NCBI GenBank assembly: GCA_963422375.2
Contig: OY729428.2
Coordinates: 2,080,001-2,144,000, forward strand
DNA length: 64,000 bases
From: Bryobacterales bacterium
GTDB taxonomy: Bacteria > Acidobacteriota > Terriglobia > Bryobacterales > UBA6623
Reading direction: 5' to 3'
Both the position numbers and the translations under genes were made by a program. Below are positions 1-10,807 of this stretch, piece after piece. The stretch's first letter is position 1, and each line of letters begins with the position of its first letter. Under the pieces are notes generated by a model that saw only the letters and a program-made list of their open reading frames with translations, made no database searches and was not told where the DNA came from.

Positions 1-993
1 GGTAAAGGCCGCCAGCGAAGCCTCCGGATCGCGCGTATCGCGCGGGCGGACGCCGGCTAGCCGCTCGGCCAGGGCCTCCGCGATGGCGCGTCCGTGCCGC
101 GGCACCCAGATCGACGAGGCATTGATGCAGCTTCTGCCGCTGTTGGCGAACACGCTGGTGACCATCGTCTCGAGGTACTCAGGCCACCGGTCGACGGCGT
201 CCTCGCCCACGAGGATCTTGCTGTAGCCCGGGCCATGCACCTGCACGGCGGGATTGCCGGCGTACAAGTCCATCGTCGCCTGTCCGCCGAACACCAGGGA
301 CCGGCCGCAACGCTGCACGATCGACTGGCCGACGTCGTGACCGCCGTGGTACACCCCGACGGCCTCGCCGGGAATGCCGGCTTCGATCATGGCGACGGCC
401 ATGCGGTACGGCGTCCACGGCTCCTGCGAGCCGGGCTTGAGGCAGAGGCCAATCTGCAGCGGAATCGCGGGAATCCAGAGTGTATGGACCCCGGGGGAGT
501 TGCTCGGCAGAACCGCTCCGACCACGTCGGTCTGCCGCTGGTAGCTCAGCATTCGCCCGCCCGCGTCGTGACCGAAGCCGCGAGAAAGGATCTCCAAATC
601 CAATCCACGCGTCAGGGAATCGAGGATGCTCCCCATCTCGCGGCAGACGAACGCCAGCTTCTCCATGTTGGCGCGGCACATCGTCTCCGGCAGCCCGGTG
701 GTCGACGACTGCTGGCTGACAAACTCCTCTGGCGTCTGGCTTCCCGAGCCCAGTGGTAGCTCGGCCTTCATGAACAGCTCGCCAGCCCTCCGAACGCACT
801 CGACGATCTGCCTCGGGGATTGCTCCCGGAGGACTGCTTGCGCGCGCGACGCATGCCTGAGATCGCGCCGGACCATCGCGGCAAGGATTTTGCTAACGCG
901 CGCGACCGGATCTCCGGTCTCGAAATGCAGCGCCTCGACCGTGTCCAAGCTCTCGTATGGCTGGCCCCATCGGAGGGCGGGGAGGTGGACCAT
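1..993 (-). CDS. Aldehyde dehydrogenase family protein (runs off the window start)
   Basis: Manual translation from ATG 993 (MVHLPALRWGQPYESL...), open to base 1. Contains VLPSNSPG, LKPGSQEP, HGPGYSK and the catalytic-Cys-like NSGRSCINASS. Not in the ORF track because no stop lies in the window. Confidence 0.8.
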   Translation of the reverse strand, partial: MVHLPALRWGQPYESLDTVEALHFETGDPVARVSKILAAMVRRDLRHASRAQAVLREQSPRQIVECVRRAGELFMKAELPLGSGSQTPEEFVSQQSSTTGLPETMCRANMEKLAFVCREMGSILDSLTRGLDLEILSRGFGHDAGGRMLSYQRQTDVVGAVLPSNSPGVHTLWIPAIPLQIGLCLKPGSQEPWTPYRMAVAMIEAGIPGEAVGVYHGGHDVGQSIVQRCGRSLVFGGQATMDLYAGNPAVQVHGPGYSKILVGEDAVDRWPEYLETMVTSVFANSGRSCINASSIWVPRHGRAIAEALAERLAGVRPRDTRDPEASLAAFT

Positions 994-2105
994 GGCCAAT
1001 AGTTTAGCCAGTCCACCCGTTGAAGCGAGCCGTCGGCCCTTGAAGAGCCCCGGAGCGCAGCTCTCCGGCATCGCCTGCCCGCGGGGCTGCCAGGGCTGGC
1101 GAGGAGCGCTCGAGCGCAGAGGGGTTCAGAAATCGAATCGCGAGCAGGGCCGCGCGGGCCGATGCCTCGTACGAGCATGCGTTGCCGCGAGGGACGCGGG
1201 AGAAGCGCGCCGGCGACAAGCGGGCCCGGTACGAATCGGCATGGACCAGACTCGACGCCGTTGCGGCGCTTGATTCCCCCTCTAACGGCGCCGGGACAGA
1301 CGTTCGGGCCAGCCGTTACATCGTGATGGATACGACGTAGGCAACGGTTGCCGGTATCCGACTCAAACGCGCCGCAGAACAAACGAGGCGGCGGGCACTC
1401 CGCCAATCCGAGAGACTCCCGGCAGAGTAGGGATTGTCGGCAGGGCCTGGACTCGCCGCATGTTTCGACTCCGAGAAGCCTCGGCTTGCCTCAGAACGGA
1501 TACCGGGGCAATCTTGTGAAGAGGATGCCACCGCAACCGGCAGCCAATAACTGGAAACACGTGCCTCGGATATCACTCACCGAAGCGTAACCATTAGCGT
1601 TTCAGTCCGATCCATCCTACAACGAAATGTATGCTTTTGTAGATTTCATAGCAATTGGAATTTCCCACTCAGTCAATCAGTTGCAATTCGGCAAGACCCC
1701 AACCGCCCAGCATTGAGGATCCAAAGTCACGGTTGCTAGCGTCTCATGCCCCGTCAACAAGACGCTCCTATCGTCGAGCCATTCAATTTCAGTCATCCCA
1801 TGACGGCCTTGGGCCTCAACTGAGGCCGATAGATCGCCCAAGTTGACCTCGAAATGACCGCTTGCAAGCGTACTTGGAATCGCGGTTGGCAGCCACGGGC
1901 AAGGTATTCTTGGTGGTCGAGTCCCGGGGCCGAGCTGGTCCGGCCCATTGGAGCCCCATGGTGTAGGCCGTGAACGCACAGCAGCGGTCATTGCGCTTGG
2001 CCGCCGATTCAAGGGCGTCAAGGGCGGCACGTGCCGCCGCCGGAACGGCCTGTCCAAGTCCGGTTGCCGAACTTCGACGAGTAACCGCGACAAGTGGCTG
2101 CCGGT

Positions 2106-3368
2106 CTAGCCGAAGTGGTAGGAACCTTCTCGTTGATTCCAGTAGACCTTCTTGTTCGAGCGAAGCGAGACGGTCGCGAGGTGCCCCGTCACGGCAGCCT
2201 CGTGCCCGAGCTGCGCCGGGCAGTTGAGCTCCGCGCCATGGGCGATCGCGTCGATGAAGTTCTTGAGATGGTCGTTCGTCGAGTTGCTCTCGTTGAAGTC
2301 CGTGCGGGCGTCGAAGTGCATCTCCGGGCGAGCGGTCACGGCATCCGGCAGTCCCCGTGCCTTCTCTGGGTAGACGTTTAGATAACGCTGACCGAGGATC
2401 TCCATGACGCCCTCGCTGCCGCAGAGCTGCTCGCCGTAGCCGAAATGCGACGTGCTGAACGCGGCGCTGAAGTTGACGTGGAAGTGGTCGTCGTACTCGA
2501 AGCCCGCGGTGACGGTGTCGGGCACTTCTCGGTCGTCCTGCGTCCAGTAGTGGATCCCTCCGTTGCACATTACGGAGTCGCAGTAGTGCCTTCCCGTGAT
2601 CATGTGCAGTGCGTCGGTCTGATGTACGAGCAGGTCGGTGGAGATCCCGCCGGAGTAGTCCCAGTACAGCCGCCACTGGAAGTAGCGCTGCTTGTTGAAG
2701 GAGGTGGCGCGGGCAGGCCCTAAGAACTTCTCGTAGTCCGTGTTCTGCGGCTCGGCGTCCGCGGGGATGTTGTAGCGCCATGCGGGAGAGGTCAGTGGGC
2801 TGTTGCGGTACCAGAAAGCCCGGGCGTAGACGACCTTGCCCAGCACGCCCGACTCGTAGATCTCGCGCGCCTTGAAGTACAGCTTCGAGCTCCGTCGCTG
2901 CGTGCCGACTTGGAACAGCTTCCCGCTCTTCTCGACGGCCTCGAGAATCTCGAAGCCCTCCTCGATGGTGTGCGACAGCGGCTTCTCGCAGTAGACGTGC
3001 TTGCCGGCCTCGAGAGCGGCGATGGCCATGTCTCGGTGGAGATGCTCTGGCGTCATGATGACGACTGCGTCAATCTCGTTGTCCGCGAGCATCTCGTAGT
3101 AGTCGTCGTAAGTCTCCGGCGCGGTGCCTTGGTCGCTGATCACGTCGTCCTTGGTCTTGGCGATGCGCGGCGAGTAGGTGTCGCAGATCGCCTTGATCGA
3201 GGCGTCGTCCTTCGCGACGTCCATCATGGTGCGGATGTGCTTGCCGCCGCGGTTGCCGAGGCCGACCCAGCCGAGCTGGACCTTGCTTCCGGCCGACTGG
3301 GCGGAGAGCAGCGCGGGCGCTGCGAGGGCCGACGCTCCGAAGAGCCGTCGCGAGATTCCGGTTGGCAT
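2106..3368 (-). CDS. Gfo/Idh/MocA family oxidoreductase with Tat-like signal
   Basis: SRRLFG leader, GLGNRG Rossmann motif, GKHVYCEKP, GTQRRS. Start moved to MPTGISRR. Confidence 0.9.
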   Translation of the reverse strand: MPTGISRRLFGASALAAPALLSAQSAGSKVQLGWVGLGNRGGKHIRTMMDVAKDDASIKAICDTYSPRIAKTKDDVISDQGTAPETYDDYYEMLADNEIDAVVIMTPEHLHRDMAIAALEAGKHVYCEKPLSHTIEEGFEILEAVEKSGKLFQVGTQRRSSKLYFKAREIYESGVLGKVVYARAFWYRNSPLTSPAWRYNIPADAEPQNTDYEKFLGPARATSFNKQRYFQWRLYWDYSGGISTDLLVHQTDALHMITGRHYCDSVMCNGGIHYWTQDDREVPDTVTAGFEYDDHFHVNFSAAFSTSHFGYGEQLCGSEGVMEILGQRYLNVYPEKARGLPDAVTARPEMHFDARTDFNESNSTNDHLKNFIDAIAHGAELNCPAQLGHEAAVTGHLATVSLRSNKKVYWNQREGSYHFG

Positions 3369-3439
3369 GATTCTTCCTAGTCTAGGTGATCCCCCGCGCG
3401 AGCACCCGAGTCGGCCCCGCACGGTCGCCCCATCCGCGG

Positions 3440-4468
3440 CTACCACTCGATCAGGGGCTTGAGCACGCCGTCCCGGTAAGCCGCCATCGTCTCGAAGGCC
3501 TCCTGCCCGCGGTCCAGGGAAAAGCGGTGGCTCATAATGTCGTCCGACCGGATCAGGCCGTGCTGGAGCAGGCGCAGTGCGTCGGGGTCGTTGCCGTTCG
3601 AGCGCTTCTGTACGTGGATTCTGGCCTCGCGGTCGAGGGCCGTCCAGAAGTTTACCGGCACGTCGGCTCGGGACGGGATACCGACCAGCACCATGCGCCC
3701 GCCGGGCCTAAGGCAAGAGATCGAGCTGTTGATGGAATCGGCGCTCCCGGCGGCGTCGATGACAACGTGAGCGCCGCAGCCGGTAAGGTCCATCACGGCG
3801 TCGACGGGAGACTCCTCGATCACGTTGACGGCTGCGGTGGCGCCTAGGCTGGCGGCTCTCTTGACGCGGTGCGGAAGCTTATCCGCCGCGACAATGACCG
3901 AGGCTCCGGCCAGCCTCGCCACGGCCACGGCGATCAGGCCGATCGGGCCGGTCCCGATGATCGCTACGGACTCGCCCAGCTTGAGAGCCGCCAGTTCAAA
4001 TGTGTGCAGGATGACCGCGAGCGGCTCCACGAAGGCCGCGTCCGCAAACGTCATCGAGTCCGGGATGGCCAGGAGATTGCGTCGCGGCATCACCGCATAT
4101 TCGCGCAGAGCTCCCGGTATGTCCCTGCCCATGAAGGCGTGGCGGAGGGCGAGGTTCTGACGCCCGGTTCGCGTGAACTCGCATTCCGCTTGGACGACGA
4201 ACGGCTCGACCGCCACCTTGGCGCCCGTCACGAGGTCGCTGACGCCCGGCCCGCATCCGACGACCTCGCCGGAGGGCTCGTGGCAGAGGACGGAGGGATA
4301 AAGCGCTTCGAAGCCGGCGATCGCCCCCTCGCTGAAGGTATGCATGTCGCTGCCGCACACGCCGGTCGACCGAAGTCGGACCAGCACCTCGCCCGGGCCC
4401 GGGTCGGGCGGATCCGGAAGGGTCCCCATCTCGAGACGTTGGGGTGCGACAAGCTGGAGTGCTCTCAT
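3440..4468 (-). CDS. Zn-dependent (MDR) alcohol/polyol dehydrogenase
   Basis: CGSD, LCHEPSG, GTGPIG. Start at MRALQLVAP because the longer ORF begins inside the IS end. Confidence 0.88.
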   Translation of the reverse strand: MRALQLVAPQRLEMGTLPDPPDPGPGEVLVRLRSTGVCGSDMHTFSEGAIAGFEALYPSVLCHEPSGEVVGCGPGVSDLVTGAKVAVEPFVVQAECEFTRTGRQNLALRHAFMGRDIPGALREYAVMPRRNLLAIPDSMTFADAAFVEPLAVILHTFELAALKLGESVAIIGTGPIGLIAVAVARLAGASVIVAADKLPHRVKRAASLGATAAVNVIEESPVDAVMDLTGCGAHVVIDAAGSADSINSSISCLRPGGRMVLVGIPSRADVPVNFWTALDREARIHVQKRSNGNDPDALRLLQHGLIRSDDIMSHRFSLDRGQEAFETMAAYRDGVLKPLIEW

Positions 4469-4524
4469 GCGCAGGCTGGGAACGAGAAACGGCCCGAATG
4501 CACCGTCCGAATCATCATACTGAA

Positions 4525-6082
4525 GAGCCTTTTGCAAAATTCAGAAAAGAGGGCTGACCGCCCCATGAACGACTAGTTTCTGGGCTGTTATTCTCGCCGA
4601 AAAAGACCCCCTTCAGCTGGGCTTGCTCGGCTGCGGGGCGCTCCTGCGAGGATCGGCCCGGTGCAGGCGCAGCTCTCCCGGCCCGGCCCTGCGGGCGGGC
4701 GCTCTGCCCGGCTGTCCCGGCGGCCCGGGCTCTCGGAGCGCCAGGCGCAGGAGCTGCTCGACCGTCAGCGCGAGCACGCCGAACAGGAGGTGGCACAGCA
4801 CCTTGCCGTGGCCACCTTGCCGTGGCCGCGGACGCGCACGTGGCGCCCGCCGCAATCGTCCTTCAGGCGGCCGTTGACACGCTCCACCGTCGAGCGCTCC
4901 CGGTAGCGCAGCTTGGCGGGATCCGCCCGCCCGGCGCTGCGCAGCGCCGGGGCCTCCCGTGCCAGATCCGCCTTCAGCTCCGTCCGGCCGCGCGGGTTGA
5001 CAGCGATGAGCGGCACGTGCCCGAGCCGCTCGCTGAAGGCCCGGATCCCGGCCGCGTCGCGCGCGCTGTCCATCCGGTCGTACAGGTTGTCGACGCGGCC
5101 CGCGGTCCGTGTCGCCAGCGGGATCGCGGCCTGGCTGTCGTGCAGCGAAGCCGCGGTGAGCAGGCAGCTGACCGGGATCCCGCCGTCGATCGCGTCGATA
5201 GGCAGCTTGTAGCCGCGCCAGCTGACGGTACGGCCCTTGGCGTTGCGCTTGGTGCCGGTATCGCAGTCCTGCGGCAGGTCGTGCAGCATTGCTTCGAGAT
5301 TCATGTCGGGCTGCCGCGCCAGTCGGCGCGGAGCGGGCGGCCGCTGCTCGCCCTTGCGAGGGCGCCCGCGCTTGCGTTTCGGCTCCGGTTCCGGCGCGGG
5401 CTTCCCGGCGGGCCGCTCGCGGCCCTCGATGGCGGTCGAGTCGCGGGAGACGCGCCCTGCCAAGCGGCCGTCGAGCGTCCGCGCGAGCAGCGCCTGGTGC
5501 AAGCGTCCGGGCAGTTCGCCGGCGGCGAACTCGGCGCAGGCGCGCGCGAAGGTTGCCTCGCCGGGCACGGCCCCGGCCAGGTCCCGGCCGCACAGTCGGC
5601 GCAGGGTGCGATCGGTCTGCAGGCGCTCGACCGGCGAGCGCGTAGCGGGCTGGTCGAAGACGGCCTTGGCGATGCAGGCGCGCGCCATGGCGGCGCGGCT
5701 TGCGAGGGGGCGGCCGCGGCCGCCCTGCCCGACGGGCAGGCAGTCCTCGACCTGCGCCAGTTCCACCGCTTGGACGAAGCTGCGGCAGCGCTCGCCGAGG
5801 GGGCCGAGTTCCTGCTCGAGCCAGGGGAACAGCCCCTGCTGGAACGTGAACCAGTACGCGGATACGGTTTCTATCAAGGACATATTCGTTGAATCCTGCC
5901 AGCTGCTTACTAGGCTTGCATTACAATAATAGCACGGAGGGCAAGGGATTGCCAGGAAACTCAAAACGCAGACAAGCCATTAAAACTACATTTACTACAG
6001 TTCTATTTCATTGATTATATCGAATACTTAATAGACTAACTAAATGATAATGCTATGAGCGCGGGATTTTTGCAAAAGGCTC
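4525..6082 (-). mobile_element. IS5/IS1182-like insertion sequence
   Basis: Terminal IRs GAGCCTTTTGCAAAA / TTTTGCAAAAGGCTC; 4-bp target duplication TGAA at 4521-4524 and 6083-6086; internal DDE transposase. Confidence 0.88.
4613..5883 (-). pseudogene. DDE transposase, frameshifted near the C-terminus
   Basis: SRDSTAIEG, GYKL, HDSQAAIPL, RERSTVERVNGRLKD. A 14-bp tandem duplication (4799-4826) puts the CHLLFGVLALT tail out of frame. Confidence 0.82.
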
Positions 6083-6090
6083 TGAAGCCA

Positions 6091-6993
6091 TCACTGGATC
6101 GAGTCGGACGCTCCGAGGCGGGCGACCGCGCTCGTTCCGAGGAAGCCGCAGGCCGTCAGGCCGAGCGCGGCTACCCCTCGCGCGGCACCGGGAAGCGCCA
6201 GACCGGACTCGCTCGTGTCGAAGGGCCATAGTCCCAGCACGGCCCCGGCGAGCAGGCCGAGCAGGAAGCCCAGCGTCAGAGACCTCTGTCGTCGCAGCAG
6301 CAGGCGAACGAGGCTGCTAACGCCGACAATCGCGACGACGCCTCCCAAGGCGAACGGAGCGAGCACGCGGGCCGATGCCATCAACGCCGCCCACGCGCCG
6401 TCGACGCCCGCGAAGACCGCTGCCCTGAGGCCGTCCACCGCTCCGAGAATCGGCACGTATTGGCCGCTGAGCACGAGGAGGTAGCCGCCCGAGAGACCGG
6501 GTAGGATCATCGCCGCGAACGCGCCCAGGCCCGCGAGGAGCAAGGCTCCCGCCTCGCCCGTCCCGTCGCCGGAGCCGACAGGTGCTAGGGCCGAAGCGGC
6601 CATGGCGGCGATACCGGCCGCCGCTCCGAGCCAGGACCGCGCGTCCGGCCGTCCGATCAGGCGCCACATAGCAGGCACGCCGCCGAGGGTGGAACCGAGA
6701 AACAGGCTGTACATCGCCCAGCGGTGCTGGAGGACCAGATCCCGGACGGTCCCTGCAAGCAGCACGATCACGAGGGCCGCGGCGCCTCCGGTCACGAGGA
6801 GGAACGTGACCGAGCGCCGATCCGGGCGCAGGGTGGTCACCCGGGCAACCGAATCGATGAACTGCGGGTAGATGCCCGCCGCGACGAGCATCGTGCCGCC
6901 GGACACGCCAGGCACTAGGTTTGCCAGTCCCATCAGCGCGCCGCCCGCCGCGCCGCGCGCCGCGAGACCCGCTTGTGCGCGCTGGGCAGGCAT
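6091..6993 (-). CDS. DUF368 family membrane protein
   Basis: MGLANLVPGVSGGT and AMILPGLSGG repeats; many TM segments. Confidence 0.85.
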   Translation of the reverse strand: MPAQRAQAGLAARGAAGGALMGLANLVPGVSGGTMLVAAGIYPQFIDSVARVTTLRPDRRSVTFLLVTGGAAALVIVLLAGTVRDLVLQHRWAMYSLFLGSTLGGVPAMWRLIGRPDARSWLGAAAGIAAMAASALAPVGSGDGTGEAGALLLAGLGAFAAMILPGLSGGYLLVLSGQYVPILGAVDGLRAAVFAGVDGAWAALMASARVLAPFALGGVVAIVGVSSLVRLLLRRQRSLTLGFLLGLLAGAVLGLWPFDTSESGLALPGAARGVAALGLTACGFLGTSAVARLGASDSIQ

Positions 6994-7052
6994 TGGGTGA
7001 GAGACGGGGACGCGGCGCGCGAGCCGCAGATGTACCCGCAGGGAGAGGCCGA

Positions 7053-7589
7053 CTAGCGTTGCGCCACGGAGGGCGCGGGCTGCGTCGCCGCAGCCTTGGG
7101 CGGCGCCGGATTGGGCCGGTACATCGTCACGAGGTACCCGCCGAGAGCCGCGAGCGCGATCCCGGCGAAGAACTGCCAGCGGATTCCGCCGACACCGCCG
7201 GACGGCGGGTGCAGCGTCATCGAGACGATCGCATTCACGATGGGGGCCCCGGCGAAGATGATCGACATCACCACCGCCGGGGTGCCCTTGGCGCCGAACG
7301 CCAGCAGCACGCCGAACGCGCCGACGGCGCCGACGGTTCCCGCGATCAGGGACCATGCCATGCCCCTGGCTGGCATGCTCCAGTCCGATCCCGATGCCAC
7401 TAGGATCGCGAGCGGGGCCAGCACGGCCACGAGGAAATAGGCGATGCCCACGAACAGGAAGGCCTTGTAGCGCCCGTTCACCGGGTCTCCCATGCCGACC
7501 TGGCCGCTATGCAGGAAGACGCCGTACAGTCCCCAGCATGCTACCGTCATTAGGGCGTACGCCAGCCATCCGAATCCAGCTTGACTCAA
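7053..7589 (-). CDS. Small multi-pass membrane protein (DMT/EamA-like)
   Basis: About 5 hydrophobic helices; TTG start with AAGGAG RBS at 7597-7602. Confidence 0.75.
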   Translation of the reverse strand: MSQAGFGWLAYALMTVACWGLYGVFLHSGQVGMGDPVNGRYKAFLFVGIAYFLVAVLAPLAILVASGSDWSMPARGMAWSLIAGTVGAVGAFGVLLAFGAKGTPAVVMSIIFAGAPIVNAIVSMTLHPPSGGVGGIRWQFFAGIALAALGGYLVTMYRPNPAPPKAAATQPAPSVAQR

Positions 7590-7657
7590 CGTGTAACTCC
7601 TTGCTCTTCAGCGGTTTGCAGGTGAAACTCTTAAGTTGCTGAAGAGACCATTCTCAC

Positions 7658-8947
7658 CTATGCCTGGCGGTGCCTAGCGAAGTCCCAGCGCACGATAGCG
7701 CCGCTCTCGGCCGAGGCGTTGATGAGATGCGCGCACGCAGCGGCGTGATGGCCCGCCCAGGCGTCCTCGATCGGCGCGCCTCGATGGCGCACGCTGGAGA
7801 AGAAGTCCGTGAAGTGCGCGACCGTGGACGACGGCCGCCCGCCGCTCCTGTACACCTCCGGCTCCGGGCGGCCCGGCCGTCGCAGCTCGGCCCGGCCTTC
7901 GGGCGAGCGGTAGTATCCCTCCTCCAGGCTGGCGGGCCAGGCGCTGACAATCCACGAATTGTTGTCGTAGCCCGGGTCGGGGAAGAATGTCACGCCTGAG
8001 AAGCCGAGAGCGGCAGCGCCCTCCGTACCGAGGACCTGAAAGGAGTAGCCGCTCTCCGCCGTGCTGTTGAAGGTCGCGCTCAGGTTCACGGTGAAGCCCT
8101 CGCGATAGCGCAGCAGGGCGTTGAGGGTGTCCGGCACGTCGCGGCTCTCAGTCCATCGGTACAGGTCGCCCATCGCCAGCACCTCCGCAGGCATGGTCGC
8201 GTCCATGAGAAAATGCACCGACGTGCAGGCATGCACGAACAGATCCGTGGCGATCCCGCCTGAGTACTCGTTGTAGCAGCGCCAGCGGAAGAACCGCTCC
8301 AAGTCGAAGTCCTGCCGCGGGGCGGGCCCTAGGAACGCCTCCCAGTCGACCGTATCGGGGGATGCATCGGGCGGGATGGGGTAGATCCACGCGCCCCCAG
8401 CGCTGTTCCGATTGTACGACGCGCGGATCATCGTGATCTGGCCCAGCCTGCCCTCGCGGATCCAGTCGCGGAGCTTCCTCTGGTTGGCGGCGCTTATGCC
8501 TTGGCTGCCGACTTGGAGGATCCTGCCGGTCCTCTCGGCGACGGCCGCGATCTCGAGCCCCTCGTCCACGGCGAACGTCAGCGGCTTCTCGCAGTAGACG
8601 TCTTTGCCCGCCTCGAGTGCTTCCACGACCATTCGTTTGTGCCAGTGGTCGGGGGTCCCGATGGTGACTGCGTCGATAGACGGATCGGCGAGAATTCGCT
8701 CGTAGCTGCCGAAGTCCTTGGCCCGCCCCTCGGTCCGCTCGATAGCCCGCTCCGCGCGGCCGCTGTAGGCGTCGCAGACGCCGGCGATCTCCGTCCCGGG
8801 CACCTGCTTGATCGCCTCGAGGAGCTCGTGCGAGCGCGAGCCGACAGCGATCATGCCCACGGCGATCCGATCGCTGGGGACCGTGTCCTGCGCCTGCGCA
8901 AGGGCGCCCGCGCCAGCCCCGAGAAAGATTCTTCGCGTCATCGACAT
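7658..8947 (-). CDS. Gfo/Idh/MocA family oxidoreductase with Tat-like signal
   Basis: TRRIFL leader, TPDHWH, GKDVYCEKP, VGSQ. Confidence 0.9.
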   Translation of the reverse strand: MSMTRRIFLGAGAGALAQAQDTVPSDRIAVGMIAVGSRSHELLEAIKQVPGTEIAGVCDAYSGRAERAIERTEGRAKDFGSYERILADPSIDAVTIGTPDHWHKRMVVEALEAGKDVYCEKPLTFAVDEGLEIAAVAERTGRILQVGSQGISAANQRKLRDWIREGRLGQITMIRASYNRNSAGGAWIYPIPPDASPDTVDWEAFLGPAPRQDFDLERFFRWRCYNEYSGGIATDLFVHACTSVHFLMDATMPAEVLAMGDLYRWTESRDVPDTLNALLRYREGFTVNLSATFNSTAESGYSFQVLGTEGAAALGFSGVTFFPDPGYDNNSWIVSAWPASLEEGYYRSPEGRAELRRPGRPEPEVYRSGGRPSSTVAHFTDFFSSVRHRGAPIEDAWAGHHAAACAHLINASAESGAIVRWDFARHRQA

Positions 8948-8991
8948 CCGGCTCGTCTTCCCGGGACCGCCCTCTGCTTCTCGACTGCGAC

Positions 8992-10095
8992 CTACGGGCT
9001 CGCGCTGTGCTGCGATTCCCCGTCCATCCTGGCGAGCTCGCTGTCAATCAACTCCCTGAAGCTCTCGATGGGAAGTGCGCCGGACAACAGGATGCCGTTC
9101 ACCAGGAAGGCGGGCGTGCCGGACAGGCCGAATCCGCGGGCTTCGCTCGCATCGATCTCAATCGCCGGCAGGTGCTTGCCGGAGTCCAGGCATTCCAGAA
9201 GATCCTCGGCGTTCAGCTTGAGGGCCTTGGCAATTTCGGTGTAGGTGCCGTCGGTGAGGAGCTCCTCCCCGAACAGCGACTGGCGAAACTCCCAGAATTT
9301 CCCTTGATCGTCAGCGCAGCGCGCCGCGTGCGCAGCGCGAATGGCCTCGGGATGGATCTCGGTCAGCGGCAAGTCCTTAAAGGCCCACCGGACCCTGTCT
9401 TCGTACTCGGTAAGCAGCTCGGCGAGCACCGGCTGCACGCGCCGGCAGTACGGGCACTGGAAGTCGGAATACTCCACGAGGGTGATCGGGGCGTCCTCGG
9501 GTCCGCGCGTGCGCGCCCCCTCGATGCTGACAGGCAGCCGCGGCGGCTCGACTAGCATCTCGACATCGGCTTGGCTCCAGAGCCCCTGGATGAAGTCGGC
9601 CAGATGGATCCCGCTCTTGCGGCGCTTCAGCTCGGCGATGATCGCGTCGCGAACCTCCTTCAGCGGCCGCTCGACTTGCTGCTCCTTGTAGAAGTCGTTG
9701 ATCTCCTTGCTGGTTGGCTCGCCTACCTTGGGCGCGATCTCGGTCTCGATCATCTCCGCCGCCGGAACGCCGCGACGCCTCGCTTCCTGGTTGACAAGCC
9801 GGGTGGCGATCGCGCTCTCGATCGCCTTCCTCCTAGCCTCGTAGACTTGTCGCTGGAGGTTCCACCACTCCCCGTCGCGCGACAGGTCGTCCTCGAGAAT
9901 CGGCGTCCCGTTCAGCATGGCCAGCGGGTCGCCGTCCGCCGCTCGCGCTACCGGGGCCCCTTCGGTCGCGCCTGCGGGAACTTGGACCTCCTGCACCGGC
10001 TGCTCAGCCGGGGGAGGCTCCTGCGCTGGCAACGGCATGCATGCCAAGGCCAGGAACAGCCAAGCTGAACATAGCAGTTTCGTCATTGCCTTCAT
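8992..10095 (-). CDS. DsbA/thioredoxin-domain protein, exported
   Basis: Signal peptide; EYSDFQCPYC; GTPAFLVNG; helical N-terminal region. Confidence 0.88.
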   Translation of the reverse strand: MKAMTKLLCSAWLFLALACMPLPAQEPPPAEQPVQEVQVPAGATEGAPVARAADGDPLAMLNGTPILEDDLSRDGEWWNLQRQVYEARRKAIESAIATRLVNQEARRRGVPAAEMIETEIAPKVGEPTSKEINDFYKEQQVERPLKEVRDAIIAELKRRKSGIHLADFIQGLWSQADVEMLVEPPRLPVSIEGARTRGPEDAPITLVEYSDFQCPYCRRVQPVLAELLTEYEDRVRWAFKDLPLTEIHPEAIRAAHAARCADDQGKFWEFRQSLFGEELLTDGTYTEIAKALKLNAEDLLECLDSGKHLPAIEIDASEARGFGLSGTPAFLVNGILLSGALPIESFRELIDSELARMDGESQHSASP

Positions 10096-10807
10096 TGTAG
10101 CGTTAAGGCGCGAGGCGATTCATCGGGCCCCCGCCTCGGACAGTGCTCGGCCAAGGGCACCGGGCCGGCGGTCCCTCGAAGATGCCGAGTGACAACGTCC
10201 GAGCGAGGTCGGCGGCCATACCGGACGGCACCGACTGCGGTGCCCGGCGAATCCCGGGTTCGAGATCCGAGAGCGGCGGCCCGGATGCAGACCGAAGCGG
10301 GCGCGCGAAGCACATTCGGCGCATGGCGCCCGACCGCGACGGGTCGCAGGCGTGCGCCGGCGAGTTGACCGACAGGCAGCCTCGGCGCAAGCTAAGCCGT
10401 GGCCCGGACGAGACCGCACCAGGCAGGGCGCACCGCGTTACCGAGCCCCCTTCCGTCGTAATGCCCGGGCCGGCCTCCCGTCTCGGCCCCTTGGTGCCAG
10501 CCGCCGTGGGCGGCCCGCTGCGATACGGGGGCCTCGGCAGCTGTCCGATGCGGTCTCCGAGTGATCCGCCAAGCGGTGCCGGCAGGCACCGCCCACTCGG
10601 CGCTCGGCCATGCGCAAAGCTGCGTCGCCTGGACGAGCCATGCGCGTGGGTTCTACGCCACGCCAATGGTGTTGAACGCGATGGTGGAACTCGGCTATCT
10701 TGAAGGGTAGACGGACTTCGGCGGGATAGGCCCGTCGCGCGCGACGGGCGTCCCGGTCTCGCTCGGTTCCGGCCGAGGCCATTGCAAGAGATTCCACTTC
10801 CAGCCAC

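Noticed and set aside
7604..7646. 9-bp inverted repeat CTCTTCAGC..GCTGAAGAG as terminator or riboswitch
   Set aside because: Long 25-nt loop, no U-tract and no recognisable aptamer.
10250..10270. tRNA T-arm-like GGGTTCGAGATCC (and GGTTTCAAGTCC near 38010)
   Set aside because: No cloverleaf, acceptor stem or CCA can be built around either.
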